Assembly (NCBI GenBank): GCA_030141605.1 | Contig: JAQGDQ010000525.1 | Span: forward strand, 62,985 to 126,984 | Direction of reading: 5' to 3' | From: Tubiluchus corallicola | Lineage: Eukaryota > Animalia > Priapulida | Length of the DNA: 64,000 bases | Shown here: positions 41,901-54,307 of the stretch, piece after piece | How the letters are laid out: the number at the start of each line of letters is the position of its first letter | Position numbering within the stretch: position 1 is the stretch's first letter | Notes under the pieces: generated by a model | The model's database searches: none | What the model was told of the DNA's origin: nothing | What the model saw: only the letters and a program-made list of their open reading frames with translations | Position numbers and translations under genes: made by a program

Positions 41901-44900
41901 AAAACTTTTACTTGCTAATGCAATTCATTGTTTTCAGGCCAAAGGTATGCCAGATGTTAACACCAGACTTATGCTTCACAAACTGTGGAGTTCTTTCAAC
42001 ATACCCATTCTGGCCTTGGTGGACGCTGATCCACATGGCATAGAAATTATGTGTGTGTACAAATACGGTTCTAAGGTAAACCTGCTATGTCTTTTTGTAA
42101 AGTGGCTTACATTTTTGAGAGGTCAAATTCGTTTGTTTCAACCAAAGCAAAGAACACAACCATTTGAGATTTGAGTGTGCTTAGACTGCGAAGTTAAACA
42201 ACACCAAGCTCTGGTCAGTAACTCGACAGGTTTTGCCAACAGAGTGGTTTTTGGGTGGGTTTTCCCGTAATGTGGTTATTTATTTTGATGCGGGTGGACG
42301 TAAGTGCATTTGTGTGTGGCTAAGGTACTTTTATCGGTTCACCATCTGATCTTAGAAGATTGTCTTTGACTGTAAACAAAGCTCTTGTCCTGCCACAACC
42401 ACATACATTAAATATGCCCTGTTGCTGAATATTGTATCTTACCATACAGCATGCTGAACTGTATCAATATAATAATTCTTTTTAGTCATTTGCTGTTGGT
42501 TGTAAATTGTTTCGTCATGGTTTTAATTTTTTTAGTCATTGTCTCACGATGCAGACAACCTGACAGTTCCAATGTTGAAGTGGCTTGGCATACTTCCTAC
42601 AGATTTGAAACGGTAAGTCTGTGTAATATGTGGAGCAGGAGCTCATCGGATAGTCAAAGTTATTTATTGATTCCTGTAACAGTACGACAGATGTGTTTAA
42701 TATTACTTCTTATTTGCACGGTTCGTGCAACACCACAATAGCGCGGCTTTTAACATTAATACCCACTCTTACTGTGCCTGCTGCCACCATGTGAAACGGA
42801 TGTTAACAATCAGATATTTCTGTTCCCATTCAGCTTTATAAAGATACTTCTTAAATGTGTAACTTACCGTCACCTTTTGGGAAGTGTGTAGTTGGTGATT
42901 TTACTAAAGCACAATTCGGTTAGTAGTTTGTCTTAATGTCGCATTTTGTTGGAACACATTAGAGTCATTAAACGAGGCTGTATTGTCAAATTTGACTGCG
43001 AGGCTATCATTTGCTTACTATTGAACTGCCTGGTTTATAAATCAAAGGTCAAATGTCAGGTCAGGGTTAATGTGTGACTAGTTAGTGAATTTTGAGTCTG
43101 GCTTTACCTGGATGTGTGTGTTTGCAGTATGTGAAAAAAAACAAATATGTAATTTATAGCGAAATTTAGGAAACTCAATCACCAATATCAAAACTGGCAG
43201 AAAGCTAATGACGAAAATTATGCGATAGAGTTTATGCCCTTTTATAGCTCATGTAACAAATGAATGATCGTTATGTCAAAATTGTATAAAAGAAACAAAA
43301 TGTGAATGTGAAGAACTCGCTGAGCCTGGCTTTGAGCCTTGCGACAACTCGAGCATTTAGCAGCATGGATGCCTGGATTTTGTTCTGGTTATTCTTTCGT
43401 GCCAAGTTGTTAGATTGTACATTTATTGTAATAGAAAACATCTATAAAGGTATTTTGTTATATTATATATTAATTGGTATAATGTATTACTTATATATAT
43501 ATATATATATTATATATATTATATATATTATAGTATATTATATATACTATATATATATATATTATATATATATATAACAGAATGCCTCAATAGACGTTTT
43601 CTGTTACAATAAATGTACAACCCAATAACTTGGCATACAAAAATAAAATTTTGCAAACATTTGAATATATTCACATGTTAGTAAAATTTTATTTTTACGT
43701 GATCATGATGTTAAAAAAAATCTAAATTTATATGTGTGTGCATCTATCCTAAAAGCAATTTGATGAACGACATCTTTGTTAAGTCACAATTTGTAAAAAC
43801 CATTTTTATTACAGGTTGAAAATAAGCAGTGATTGCCTAATTCCACTGTCAAAGAGAGACCAAAACAAAGTTCGTGGTTTGATGAAGAGGGAGTATTTGG
43901 CCAGTGCAAAAGACTGGCTTCAACAGGTTGTTTACATTAGGTTTCTGCTTGTTAAAAATTCATTGTGAAAATGACTTTCTAATCACTAACTACAAAAACT
44001 CACACGTTTTATAAACTACTCAGTAGCAGCTTTCCAGGTGTGCACACTAGGTTTACTTGGCTTATTAAAATTTGGAAAGTGTATCCTCGAGGTAGGTCCG
44101 GGCGTGGGGTGATTTAGTTGCTTTGCTTTTCATGTTTGTCCAAGCATTTGAGCTAGCACACCAAACAGAGTCAGCGGACACAGTTTTTCCTTGCTAGCAC
44201 CAGCGGTTGAGATGTCAAGCTGTTGAGCTTGCTGTTTTTGTGCCCAGCAGTATGACAACCTTCTTTCAAGAATGTTTTAGCTTTCAAGAATATAAAACAA
44301 TGGCATAAATGTGACAGTGCAACTTGCATGCTCATCTCAAGACCATGACTTCTCTTTAGTTGCCACTTTCTGCGAAGTTCAAGCTTGCCCCGCTCGCATT
44401 TTAAAGCATTTGCAAAAATTTGTTGTCAGCAAAATTTGTGCCTTTTATGAAACGCCTTTAGGACAAACATGCTTAGCGAGAAAATTGTGCATGTTGGTCA
44501 AAGAGCTGAGGTCAAGAGTGCATACAGTATAGCTGTCATGCTGTAGTCAAGGATAGTCATAGTAAACTATACTGAAACCCAGTTGAAATGAGTGTTTGCG
44601 TGATTAAGGTAAATTTCATTCGTTTTTTTTGTAAAACGTAAAATTCTGTGAATTGTTTGCATTTGCATTTATTTAGATGATGTAGTTTTTAGAGTTATGC
44701 AAAGTTTTGTTTTACATTACTTGTCTGAATACCACCATTTAATGTTATGCAATTTGTTAAGCTACTCAGAAAATTGCAAGTTTTGATGTTTCAGGACAGT
44801 TATTATTTCTCACGTCCAAACAAACTGTTGATAAACGTAGCTATGCCAGTGTAATTCAAATTGTTTAGAATCTACAACACTCTCTATTTCAAACACATTT

Positions 44901-45173
44901 TTCTCTAGTGGGCATTATTGCTAAATTCTTCAAAAAAATGTCAATTTAAACCAAAATTTCTCAGTGCATTTCTATAGGACTTTGTAGATTTGTATATTGC
45001 TTATGTTGGGTCTACATGCTGTGCAAGTATACCAGTGCATTTTCTTACATTAGTTGCAGGTAATGCTGATTATGGGGCAGAAGGCAGAGATACAAACACT
45101 CTGTAGCATTTCAGATAACTTTCTTACTGATGTCTACCTTCCAAATAAAATCAGGTATGGAGGTTGGATTTAG
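35985..45173 (+). CDS. SPO11: Meiotic recombination protein SPO11 (TopoVI A-like), 11 exons, 398 aa
   Basis: Exons 35985-36127, 37187-37300, 37600-37682, 38199-38374, 39295-39381, 39715-39751, 40617-40726, 41938-42075, 42536-42612, 43815-43926, 45054-45173 join in phase (1197 nt). Motifs TKRDIYY (catalytic Tyr), TSKGLIAG, IEKDATFQ, KGMPDVNTR, LVDADPHGIEI (Toprim DxD), KAEIQ, VYLPNKIRYGGWI*. Confidence 0.95.
36240..36520. repeat. Two-unit tandem repeat element with AAGGTCA motifs in SPO11 intron 1
   Basis: Two diverged ~145-bp units (aaaac..gaagc.ataat...aaactt.gc.ca.ggatag...aaggtc). Confidence 0.5.
38715..39238 (+). mobile_element. Internally deleted hAT transposon retaining the C-terminal dimerization domain
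   Basis: ORF 38872-39084 (SVASCEQCFSKLK...RLTNLAILCIERE...IIKNFA) matches the hAT dimerization motif; TIRs tagtggcctagca / tgctacaccattg; 8-bp flanks tatttgta / tttttgta. Confidence 0.8.
39752..40616 (+). other. U12-type (minor spliceosome) intron of SPO11 with GA-AG termini
   Basis: 5' end GAATCCTTTT (consensus RTATCCTTT with +2 T>A); branch site TCCTTAAC at 40598-40605, 11 nt before the intron end; no polypyrimidine tract; splicing restores frame. Confidence 0.8.
43458..43577. repeat. Degenerate (TA)n microsatellite
   Basis: Run of tatata/tattat units in SPO11 intron 9. Confidence 0.9.
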
Positions 45174-45451
45174 AAAACTGTAAAGGCTGTTTGTTATGCC
45201 AGGCTTGTCTTTGTCTCGTGTTTGTACATGATTGATTTGTTATAAGTGCTTGGTATGTGACTTTCTATCATGAATGTTCTTTTCAGTAAAATGCAAGATG
45301 ATGGATAGATATGCACCTTGTTTGAAATAGTCAGCATTACTGTGAATAATAACTTTGATAACTTAACTTGTGTTAAAGGTAGAACTTGTCTAGCTTTGTA
45401 TTTACATCTGAATGATTTGATTGAGTTTTGCCCAACAATTTTTTGTGCATT

Positions 45452-45500
45452 TATTATTATTATTATCATCATCATCATCATCATCATGATTATTATTATT
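45452..45500. repeat. (ATT)n/(ATC)n compound microsatellite in the SPO11 3' region
   Basis: tattattattattatcatcatcatcatcatcatcatgattattattat. Confidence 0.9.
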
Positions 45501-47125
45501 TGTGATTGCTAGCTTGTTGTGATTCAGCTATTGATAAATCAGCAAGTTTAGTACATCGTTTTTTGAGAAATTGGAGAATCTTTGGATATTTATTAGGCCA
45601 GGATTTCATTCATAATAAGAGTTCAAAGAATTTCCAGTGCTTATTTTGCAAAAATAAACTTGGGTAAAACTGTCGTCACCAGAATTTGCCTGGGTGATGA
45701 TGAATTCTGATTATGGCTTTTGAATGCACACGAGTGCTGCATTAAGAAAAATGTTGTCTAACGCTCTGTCTGAGTTTATAAGTTCGAAGATTGATTTGTT
45801 TGATTTTCAAACTGAATCCATAAAGTACATTGTTCTGGTAAATCCAGGTAAGAATTTGTAAAAATAAGAAAATAAGATAATGAATCATTTATTTATTGTT
45901 TTAGAAGTTTGTGAGTATTTGTTAAGTCTCTGTTACTAAACTAGACTTGCCTGTTAATTATTATTTAACTTAAATGCATTTACTTGTTGACTTTTTGTTC
46001 CCTATTTCATTTTGTGTTGACAATAAAAAACATATTTTAAATTATTGATGATTATCATTATTATTGATAAATGACTTCATTAAGCATTTTTTCTGTTTAC
46101 TAAAACAGCTTTTTTGCAAACTGTTTAGCATTGATTTAGAAGTGCTTTACTAGTGCAAAATGTTAATTGCTCTTGAAGATGTTCCTTTCTGATCATTTTT
46201 TCTTGGTGCTTCTTCTGATTTTTTTTCTGCACTTCTCCACAGTTTTAAAGCTCTCAAAGTGAAATTATGAAAATTGGGTCAGATTAGGATCAGAAGCCAT
46301 AACATTTTCTCAAACATGCCAGCTTTGATATCTCGTTGATCTACTGTCACATTGAGCAGTATTTCTTCTGCATAAATAGACAGTAAACAATCAATGCTTG
46401 TTACAAAGGTGCACCGCACTTCAAGGAAATAACCTACAAAATTTTATTACTGCTGAATTTTTGTCCACCAGAGGTCAGGCTACTGTAATGCACAGGAACA
46501 GTTAGTAGTGATGTGCATAGCTTAATTAAGGTGCAGAAAGTTCATTAATCAATTAATGGTGACATTTTCGAGTCGGTAAAGTTAAGAAAAGCAAATTATC
46601 GCACTTTTACAGGAAATCTTCACATTTATGCAAAAAGATAAAAATCATAATGTGTATAATTAAGAGCATCACCATTGTTGAATAGTACATAATGGAAGAA
46701 ACACGGCCAGTTTAGCAGCAGAATGTGCACGATGTGGAATGTTTGTAGGTTTAGCGATTGAATGTAGCGATTGCAGGTTGTATATTTAGGCTATCTGTAG
46801 ACTAATGTGTATGACTCTAGGTAGTGTGTAATAATATTAAGATTGGTGGGAGTTTGAGACATGCCAAAAGATCTTTCACCATGTACAGTGATTTAGGCCC
46901 AGCAAAATAGTTCTGCTATAACCTAGTGAGTTATGATATATCAATAAATATTCATAATACCACTGTTAATAAATCGTTCAATTTTTGTACTTATTATAAT
47001 TCTTGTACCTAAACTCATTATTGAATTTGGAATTAAAGTAAAAGTTTAATAATTATTAAATCAATAAACTGTTACACATGAGTATTGCGGTGCTGATTAC
47101 AATAATTAATATAATTGTTTGTATG

Positions 47126-49310
47126 CTAAATAAAGAATGAAGATGCAAGGAGCATTATAACAATTGAAATTAAAGTCACTTCATGTTGAGCAGCCATTGC
47201 TAATTTAGCTAATTTGCAGTCTGTTCCAAACTCCTCTATTTTGATCGGATTGGTCTTATGATTTCTTTTTGGCTTGGCACAGTCAATTTCAGAAAGCTTC
47301 AAACTGCGTGCTTTCATCCAGTAAGCAGAGCAATCACAAACTAGTGGGTTATCTATAAGAAGAGAATTGTAAATGTTAATGAAAACTTGCAAAAACACTT
47401 TTGGTGCAAAATGGGAAACAAATTTGTTATTGTTACCACCAATGATTAGATTACATTTATTATATACAATGCCAATGTGTTCATGTACATACAGAACAAT
47501 ATGTAACATACACAATTTATAAATCATCAGTAGATTAAGACACATCAAGTCAACGCTATAAGAAAACTTGTGCAGTGTTAACTTAATAAATGACATGAAT
47601 GAATAGAATTCTGATATTCATTCTCAACTCAACTGTATACCAAATTCATGTGGTGAGTGTTAACTTAATAAATGGCATGAATGAATGCAGAAAAAAAGAT
47701 AATTTAAAGAAAAAAACGATGATGAACACAGAAATGAGATAAATGGATGAGAGTTATCGATGAGAATGATACATGTATAATTTTCAAAATCAGATGTAAT
47801 CAAAGTGGGGTTGGCAAAAATTATCAAATCTCAAGATTAAAAAAGAAAAAACACAGACATGCAGGGCAGGTATGATCAAATCTGCATACACGCTCACATT
47901 TACAACCTCATACACATACACTTGCTCACAATGCACTAAAATTCCACGTAGTGTCTTTACTATTTTGCACCTTTAACGATTACAACAAAACCTATGTAAC
48001 GAAATTGATGTAATAGCAGCAGTGATAGCTGACGTTTTCTTATTTTCCTGTTTTTTATTTAAATTTATTTCCAGTCATCTTTTCTTTGTGTCCCTTATTT
48101 CAGCAACATCTTTAGCAGTTTCGAATTCTCTGATTTAATAATTTCTTGGACACGTTTTGTTGTCGTGATAAACTTATTTTTATTTTTTTATCATAGTACT
48201 TTCAATTAACGTTGCATGTGATATTAACACGAGGTTATCACATTACAAATCAGTACATCCGTCCCCATTTGCCTCCTAAACCTTTTCAAACGAGTTGTGA
48301 GAACTGGGTGTCCCAGTTAAGTGCATAGTAAGGAAAATGGGGATTGTGCAGTTCCAGTTTGCGATGTTATAACTTACCACTACGTATAACTTAGTTCTCG
48401 AACCACCAGTAAAAGCTGGTCTTACAAAAATCATACATATTACTCGATTTTGTTCTGCAGTAAAACCACTAATAATTTGTTAAAAATTGTGGGAAGAAAT
48501 CACAGTTAAATTGTGCTAATTGTATGATGTTTCAAACGTTTTAATGATAAAAAATATACGTGGTTGAATTGCTTAATTTATAATTGTTGGTTCAAATCGA
48601 ATTCGAACTAGAAAATCGAACGTTGGACGTTCACCTCTAGTCCACTTACCTAAGACTTTGAGACTCATAGCAAAGTAGGTTAAGAAGCTAGGTGTCGGAT
48701 CAGCTATTGTCTCTGCTCCAGTATTCATTATGTAGTACTTTGTAATGACTTGCGAATGAAATCGATGGCCTGCAAATTCGTTTACATCATCTGTCTCTAA
48801 GAGAAACGAAATATCTATACGTTTTAACTTCGGACAGTTCTTAATGACCAGTCCCGCGAGTCGATATATTCTTGCAAATGCCAACTTGTGAATATGATTC
48901 AGTTCAGGAAGCTGGTTTATCGTGAGCGTTCCTGAGACATTGGCGCGGATGACTCCTTCTTCATTGAATTTTACAATACGAGAACTTTCCAGAAAGAAAT
49001 CAACTAGGTGTAAAGGACTGAACGAGTTAGTTGGAAGTTCATCGTCTGTATAGTTCATCAACGTGAACCTGTAAATCGGCGTGGGTAGATTGTCTTCCAG
49101 CTTTTTAATCTCATGTCTTTGAATCGCACTGTTTTTCCCGCATGTGACTATGCACGATTGACCTTGTACCGACACGTCATGCTTTTCAAAGTCACACTCT
49201 GGTAAGGTTGTTTTGGCGGTGTCATCACAGGGTACCCTAGCTCTTACCGTACACATTAAAGTGATACATAGGCCTACATTTATCGCTTTCCGATTATGTG
49301 TTTGCGACAT
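47126..49310 (-). CDS. Secreted/cell-surface leucine-rich-repeat protein with LRRCT and hydrophobic C-terminal tail
   Basis: Exon 49310-48650 (signal-peptide-like VGLCITLMCTVRA, Cys-rich cap, LRR-like units ELPTNSFSPLHL, LTINQLPELNHIHKLAF, LVIKNCPKLKRI) ends at g|gtaagt; exon 47352-47126 joins in phase 1 giving DNPLVCDCSAYWM (LRRCT) and ends VTLISIVIMLLASSFFI*. An additional small middle exon cannot be excluded. Confidence 0.72.
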
Positions 49311-49437
49311 GATAGTGAAGAACAGTAGCAGCGTAATTTGTGCAGCATGCGTTTCTGGCAATTTGTGCTTCCTGACCAAGATTCTGCTTCGATTGTGGAT
49401 CAATTGTGTGATCATTAGAAACTTGCAACGACCAAGA

Positions 49438-50528
49438 TGTTTCCAAGTTCATAATTGAGTGCTTCGTTTTTGTATTGTTATGTATTAATGCGTCAGACCG
49501 CATTAATAAAGTAGTTCGGTAACACGCATAATGCATACAGTATAAATGGTGTACTGTATTTCGTTATTTCTACTAGAAATCCAGGTACATCCAGGGCCTA
49601 TTTCAGCCTAGGCGAGGCCCGGGGAAGTGGGGCGTGTGAGGCCTCATCGGGGATGGGGCGATGCGCCGGGGGGCGGGCGCCACCATTGTTGGCGCCCAAA
49701 AACTTTTTGAACTGCTAGAACGCCGCAGAAGCATTTTCCAAGAGAAAATATGGAGTTATACAGTTGTTAAAGGAAAGAACAATTAAAAAGGTTTTATTCT
49801 CAAGACCAGTCCTTAATACTTGTCAATACTGGCAAACGGCGCGCGTGCGGCAAGAATGGGAGAGAGGAGGCAGTATGTTCGCATAAAGCAAAAAAAAATG
49901 TTACATTGGCGCGAGGCCCTGGAGGGTGAGGCCCCGGGGAAGTATCCCCACTTCCCCCCTTGAAATAGGCCCTGGGTACATCAACATAAAACATGGTGTC
50001 AGAAGTATAAATTTAGTGAAAACAAAGTAAATAGAATATGGAGAATCTAAAGCCACCAAAATTTTCCACGGATGAAGTGAACCTCGCCCAGAACTGGAAA
50101 GAATTTAAAGCCGAATTCAACGTGTTCATGACAGCCGCTGGTAAGCAGAATGAACAGAAAGTTGCGTTGTTAACAACTGTACGCAATGGGCAAGGAATAT
50201 CAAAAAGTTTTCATCAACTTGGACTTGACAGACGACGAAAAGTCTGAATATACAGCAGTTACCGCTAAATTTGACAATTATTTCGAACCACGAAAATTAC
50301 GTAAAGGGTACATTACACAATTTCAGCAGAGAAAACAAGGTCAGTATGAGAGTATTGCTGAATTTATTACTGCATTTAAAGACATAGCTGTCAATTGCGA
50401 ATTTTGTGATGGATTAAATGACTGATTATGTGTTGCAATTAGCAATGGTGTAAGAGACCCAAAGTTAAGAGAAAAACTGTGGAGCGAAGATTTGAACTTA
50501 GACGAAATTATTAAAAGGGTGCAGTTAT
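49438..50528 (+). mobile_element. Inverted copy of the 5' end of gypsy element A (LTR 49438-49993, tRNA-Leu PBS 49994-50006, decayed gag 50038-50528)
   Basis: LTR ends TGTTT...AAACA; PBS TGGTGTCAGAAGT complementary to tRNA-Leu 3' end; gag MENLKPPKFSTDEVNLAQNWKEFKAEF; reverse complement of ~57975-58682. Confidence 0.88.
49592..49974. mobile_element. hAT-family MITE (383 bp) inserted in the left LTR
   Basis: Perfect 14-bp TIR cagggcctatttca / tgaaataggccctg; 8-bp TSD ggtacatc (49584-49591, 49975-49982); the paralogous LTR near 58515 carries the empty site with a single ggtacatc. Confidence 0.96.
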
Positions 50529-52495
50529 AATGTTCAATTTCTCTATGTCTCCAAAGATTTAAATCATCTTCCGTTGATATAGTTCAGGGGCGGAAGATAT
50601 GCCCATTTGAAGTCTCCTGTACATGTATCGGCCAAACGGTGTATTGAACGCTGTTAACAAGCTTGACTCTTCATCAAGTTCTAGTTGGAAATAACGAGAG
50701 TTGGCATCTAGCACTGTGAAATGTTGGCTTCCACTGACACGAGTAATTATATCACCAACAGTATTAATTAGGTAATACTCTCTAAGTAAGGCTTTGTTTA
50801 AATCTTTAGGGTCAATTGTTAATCTCACATCAACATCTGGGCTTAACCCTTTCTTTTTCACAACATGTAATGAGCTGCACCAAGGTGTGGGAGTACCTAC
50901 TGGAATTTTTTCAATAATTCCCATTTCAACTAGTTCATCTAATTTCTTTTTTGCAGGTTCACGTAAGGCTGCTGGAATGGGCCTTGGGGGGTGAGTAACA
51001 GGTTTTACAGATTCATTACATTTTAATGAAACTTTACCAGGCATTTTTCCAATACCCTGAAACACATCTATATATTCATACAATAAAGCTCTAACTGCAG
51101 GATATGGGCATTTTCAATGCTTTCATGCACTTGCGCGTTTTTATGTAGGCCTATGTTCAACAGGATTAACTCTTTGCAACAATTTTAGCTTAAGACTAGT
51201 TTCTAAACTAAGTATATTTGGTACACTGCCGTTTACTAGTTCACATTTCAACAAATAATTTGCTCCTTTGTACACAACTGGTAATTCAACAACACGTAAA
51301 GGTTTAATGGGTGCACTATCAAAACCATAGATAACTGTATTGGATTTAGTTATTTTAGGTATACATTGTATCATACTGCTTTTTCGAAATTACATTTACA
51401 TCTACAGCTGAATCTATCTTAAAGCTCATACTGCCGCCATCACGAAGTTTGAAATTCACAGTCCAGGCTTTCTTGCTGTCATTTGATCGACATGAAGCCT
51501 GATTTGTTTTGTTACACCAAATGAATGACTTATCTAGACAGTTATCATAATTAGTATTGCTTGAGTCATCATTAACACTTAGGTTATCTACAGACCTACT
51601 CAGATCATTTTCACCATACATGCAAGCATCATTATGTGAAAAATTCTGTGATTCAACACAATTTACTCTTTTTCTGCATACTCTTGCAAAATGATTGTAT
51701 CGTTAGCAAAAATTACATTGCTGCCGCCATGCTGGACATTTTCTCGGTGGATGTGAATAACCACAGCTGTAGCATGTACTATCATGAATTCTGAAGCGTT
51801 GATTAAAACTGTGGTCACTATTCTGCATGTATTTTCCTCGCTGTGAAGTATTGCTACGCTGTTGCTGGAACAACGCTGAGTCATGACGCTGCTGATTTTT
51901 GCTACTCGGCAAAACTGACTGTTGTCGGTCATTTGTTGAAAAATCATGTCGCTGAATGTTGTGGTACCTAGTGAAGTGCAACATGGCGGTTTTGGTGCCT
52001 CGTCGAAATCCCGCATTCCTATAAAATCTCCTTTTTTTCGTGTACACGTAGCGTTTTTAAGTGCGCAAATATTGAAAAGCGGTTTAGAAAGCGCTGAATA
52101 TTGTTGAAACAGTGTTTATGTAAACAGTTGCGATTGCGGTTGCAGAAGTAATTTGAATATTTAGGCGATAAAATGATTGAGATAATGGTCATGCAATTAC
52201 AAATGGCGGAAGAGTGATTAAACATTTTTTTTGCTTGTGTGGAGTTACCTTGCACATTGTGTTTTTTCGCTATCAGCTACTAACAAATACGGGCCGTCTA
52301 TTTGAACTTGGTTTGCAGTGTTACCTGGGGTGGACCCGCCTGGGACGAAGATTGGGCATGCTTCTTAGCTAGTTTAGACTAAAACTTGAAAAAGTAGTAA
52401 GTAGTGCGAGTAGGTAGTACCAAAATCCTTGCATTGTGGCGTCTTTTGCACTTTGAAACCTTACCTGAATGAGTGTTTTTTTTTGAAAATTTGAA

Positions 52496-54280
52496 ATGAG
52501 CGGAGTTGACTTGGGTACTGTTAATAGTGGCAATACACCCGAAGTTAATTCTAATATAGCAGTGTTGGCAATAAGAACTTCTAGTGAACAAAAATCATCA
52601 AGAGAAGGGAATGTGTACAGGGATGCAAACAGTGATCCCAAAGAAATAGAGGAGGATGTGAGTCAAAGTGGAGAACCGAGTGGGCACGAGAGGGATGATA
52701 TAGTAGAGTACTGCGCAGAATGTGGAGAAATTTGTGGGTTCGAAGGAGCTTTCCAGTGTGAGGAACCGAAGTGTAAAACATGGATTCATTATAAATGTAG
52801 TGGGCTACCCCCCTATAGTATACTAGTTTTGGAGGGAACTGTCCGAAAATTTTCTTGTCCTAAGTGCTCAGTTGAGAAGGTACCACTAGGAAAGTTGGCC
52901 AAAGGCAAAAAACGAGAAGAAAGACTGGAAGAAATTAAGGCAATAGTAGGAGAAACACCAGTGACTAAGATGGCTAGTGAGGTCCAGAGTTTAGCAGAGA
53001 AGGTTAAGGAATTAGCAGAACATAATATAAAACTGGGAGAGAAAGTAAGTAAACAGGAAGAAGAAATTGCAGACCTCGCAAAAAAGTTAGCAATTTGCCG
53101 GCTTGAAGCAGATAAGGCAAGTGAAGAGAAATCTAACATGAAGGCTGAAATAAAGCAGCTTAAGCAAGATTTACGAATCGAGAGAGAGGGCTGCGAACGG
53201 CTAAGTAGAAATAATGAGCAAATGGGTGAAGAGATAAAAACAACTGTAGCTGATAATAATACCCTTAGAAAAGAGATAGAAAACAAACAAAAGCAAAAAG
53301 AAACGCTTGAAGAAGAAAATAACCAGCTACGATTAGAGGTGGGTGACATTCAGAAAAAGTGGCTGGAAGATAAGAAAGAAAGTGAAACACAAGTGACAGA
53401 AATACGTGATTTGCAAAAAAAGCTATTTTCTCCCATTGACAATGACAATGACCAAGTTAAGGAATTGGCCGAACTAAGGCAAACCATAAAACACTTAAAT
53501 GAGTATGTAACATTGTTAAAAGGAAAAAGCAGTCTCTTGGTTTCTGTAAATGATACAGAAGAGAATGCAGACAGAATGGCAGAAGTATCCAAAAGAGATA
53601 ACGTCACAGAAAGAATGCAGCCACGTACTGCTAATCAAAGAAAAAAGTTAGATGGAAATCAAATATGTCGGAATTTTGAAAAATGGGGTAGCTGCAGATT
53701 TGGGTCCAGCTGTAGATACGTCCATGAAACTAGGAATGTTGGAAGTGGCGATAACCAAGCACCAGTAGAAAAAAGAGTAGCTCCACTTTGTTGGCAATAT
53801 GAAAAGACAGGAACATGTACATGGGGATTAAGATGTAAATTCCGTCATGAATATACAGATTTTGAGAACAAGTTATATGCGGAAGGTAGATATGTACCTT
53901 CTTATGAAAGAAATAAGAAGACTAATAGACAAAATTATATGGCATGGCATAATAGCATGAGTGGAAATACAACGGCTGCAGAAATAGGAATTTCAAGAGG
54001 AAATCCATATGGGAACCAGGGAGAGTTAACTGATTTGCATAAAAAAATGGATTTTTTATTACAGAGGGTGAGATCAGTAGACGATTATCAACAGAAGGGA
54101 TTGCAGGGTTATGTAATGCAAGGTCAGGAAATGAACAACATTCAAAGCAGGGGGAACGTAATAATTCCGAGCGAGAACTGGAGCCATTTGACATGGCAAC
54201 AAGCACATTCAAGTATGAATTCAAACATTCTGGTCTCACAGAGAGTTGCAGCTCAGGGTCCAATAGTCCCGACTCAGTAA
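52496..54280 (+). CDS. LINE ORF1: PHD finger, long coiled coil, two CCCH zinc fingers (594 aa, intact)
   Basis: CAEC...CEEPKCKTWIHYKC...CPKC (PHD); E/K-rich heptad region; CRNFEKWGSCRFGSSCRYVH and CWQYEKTGTCTWGLRCKFRH (C-x8-C-x5-C-x3-H). Confidence 0.88.
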   Translation: MSGVDLGTVNSGNTPEVNSNIAVLAIRTSSEQKSSREGNVYRDANSDPKEIEEDVSQSGEPSGHERDDIVEYCAECGEICGFEGAFQCEEPKCKTWIHYKCSGLPPYSILVLEGTVRKFSCPKCSVEKVPLGKLAKGKKREERLEEIKAIVGETPVTKMASEVQSLAEKVKELAEHNIKLGEKVSKQEEEIADLAKKLAICRLEADKASEEKSNMKAEIKQLKQDLRIEREGCERLSRNNEQMGEEIKTTVADNNTLRKEIENKQKQKETLEEENNQLRLEVGDIQKKWLEDKKESETQVTEIRDLQKKLFSPIDNDNDQVKELAELRQTIKHLNEYVTLLKGKSSLLVSVNDTEENADRMAEVSKRDNVTERMQPRTANQRKKLDGNQICRNFEKWGSCRFGSSCRYVHETRNVGSGDNQAPVEKRVAPLCWQYEKTGTCTWGLRCKFRHEYTDFENKLYAEGRYVPSYERNKKTNRQNYMAWHNSMSGNTTAAEIGISRGNPYGNQGELTDLHKKMDFLLQRVRSVDDYQQKGLQGYVMQGQEMNNIQSRGNVIIPSENWSHLTWQQAHSSMNSNILVSQRVAAQGPIVPTQ

Positions 54281-54307
54281 TAAAAAATAAAGAAAATATT
54301 ACAAAAA

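Noticed and set aside
43302-43577. 91-aa Tyr/Ile-rich ORF
   Set aside because: Translation of the (TA)n microsatellite.
48378-48454. Possible middle exon of the LRR gene ending at a gtaagt donor
   Set aside because: The only open frame ends in phase 0, incompatible with the phase-1 acceptor at 47352.
52290-52370. HDV-like ribozyme in the LINE 5'UTR
   Set aside because: GC-rich, but I could not build the nested double pseudoknot.
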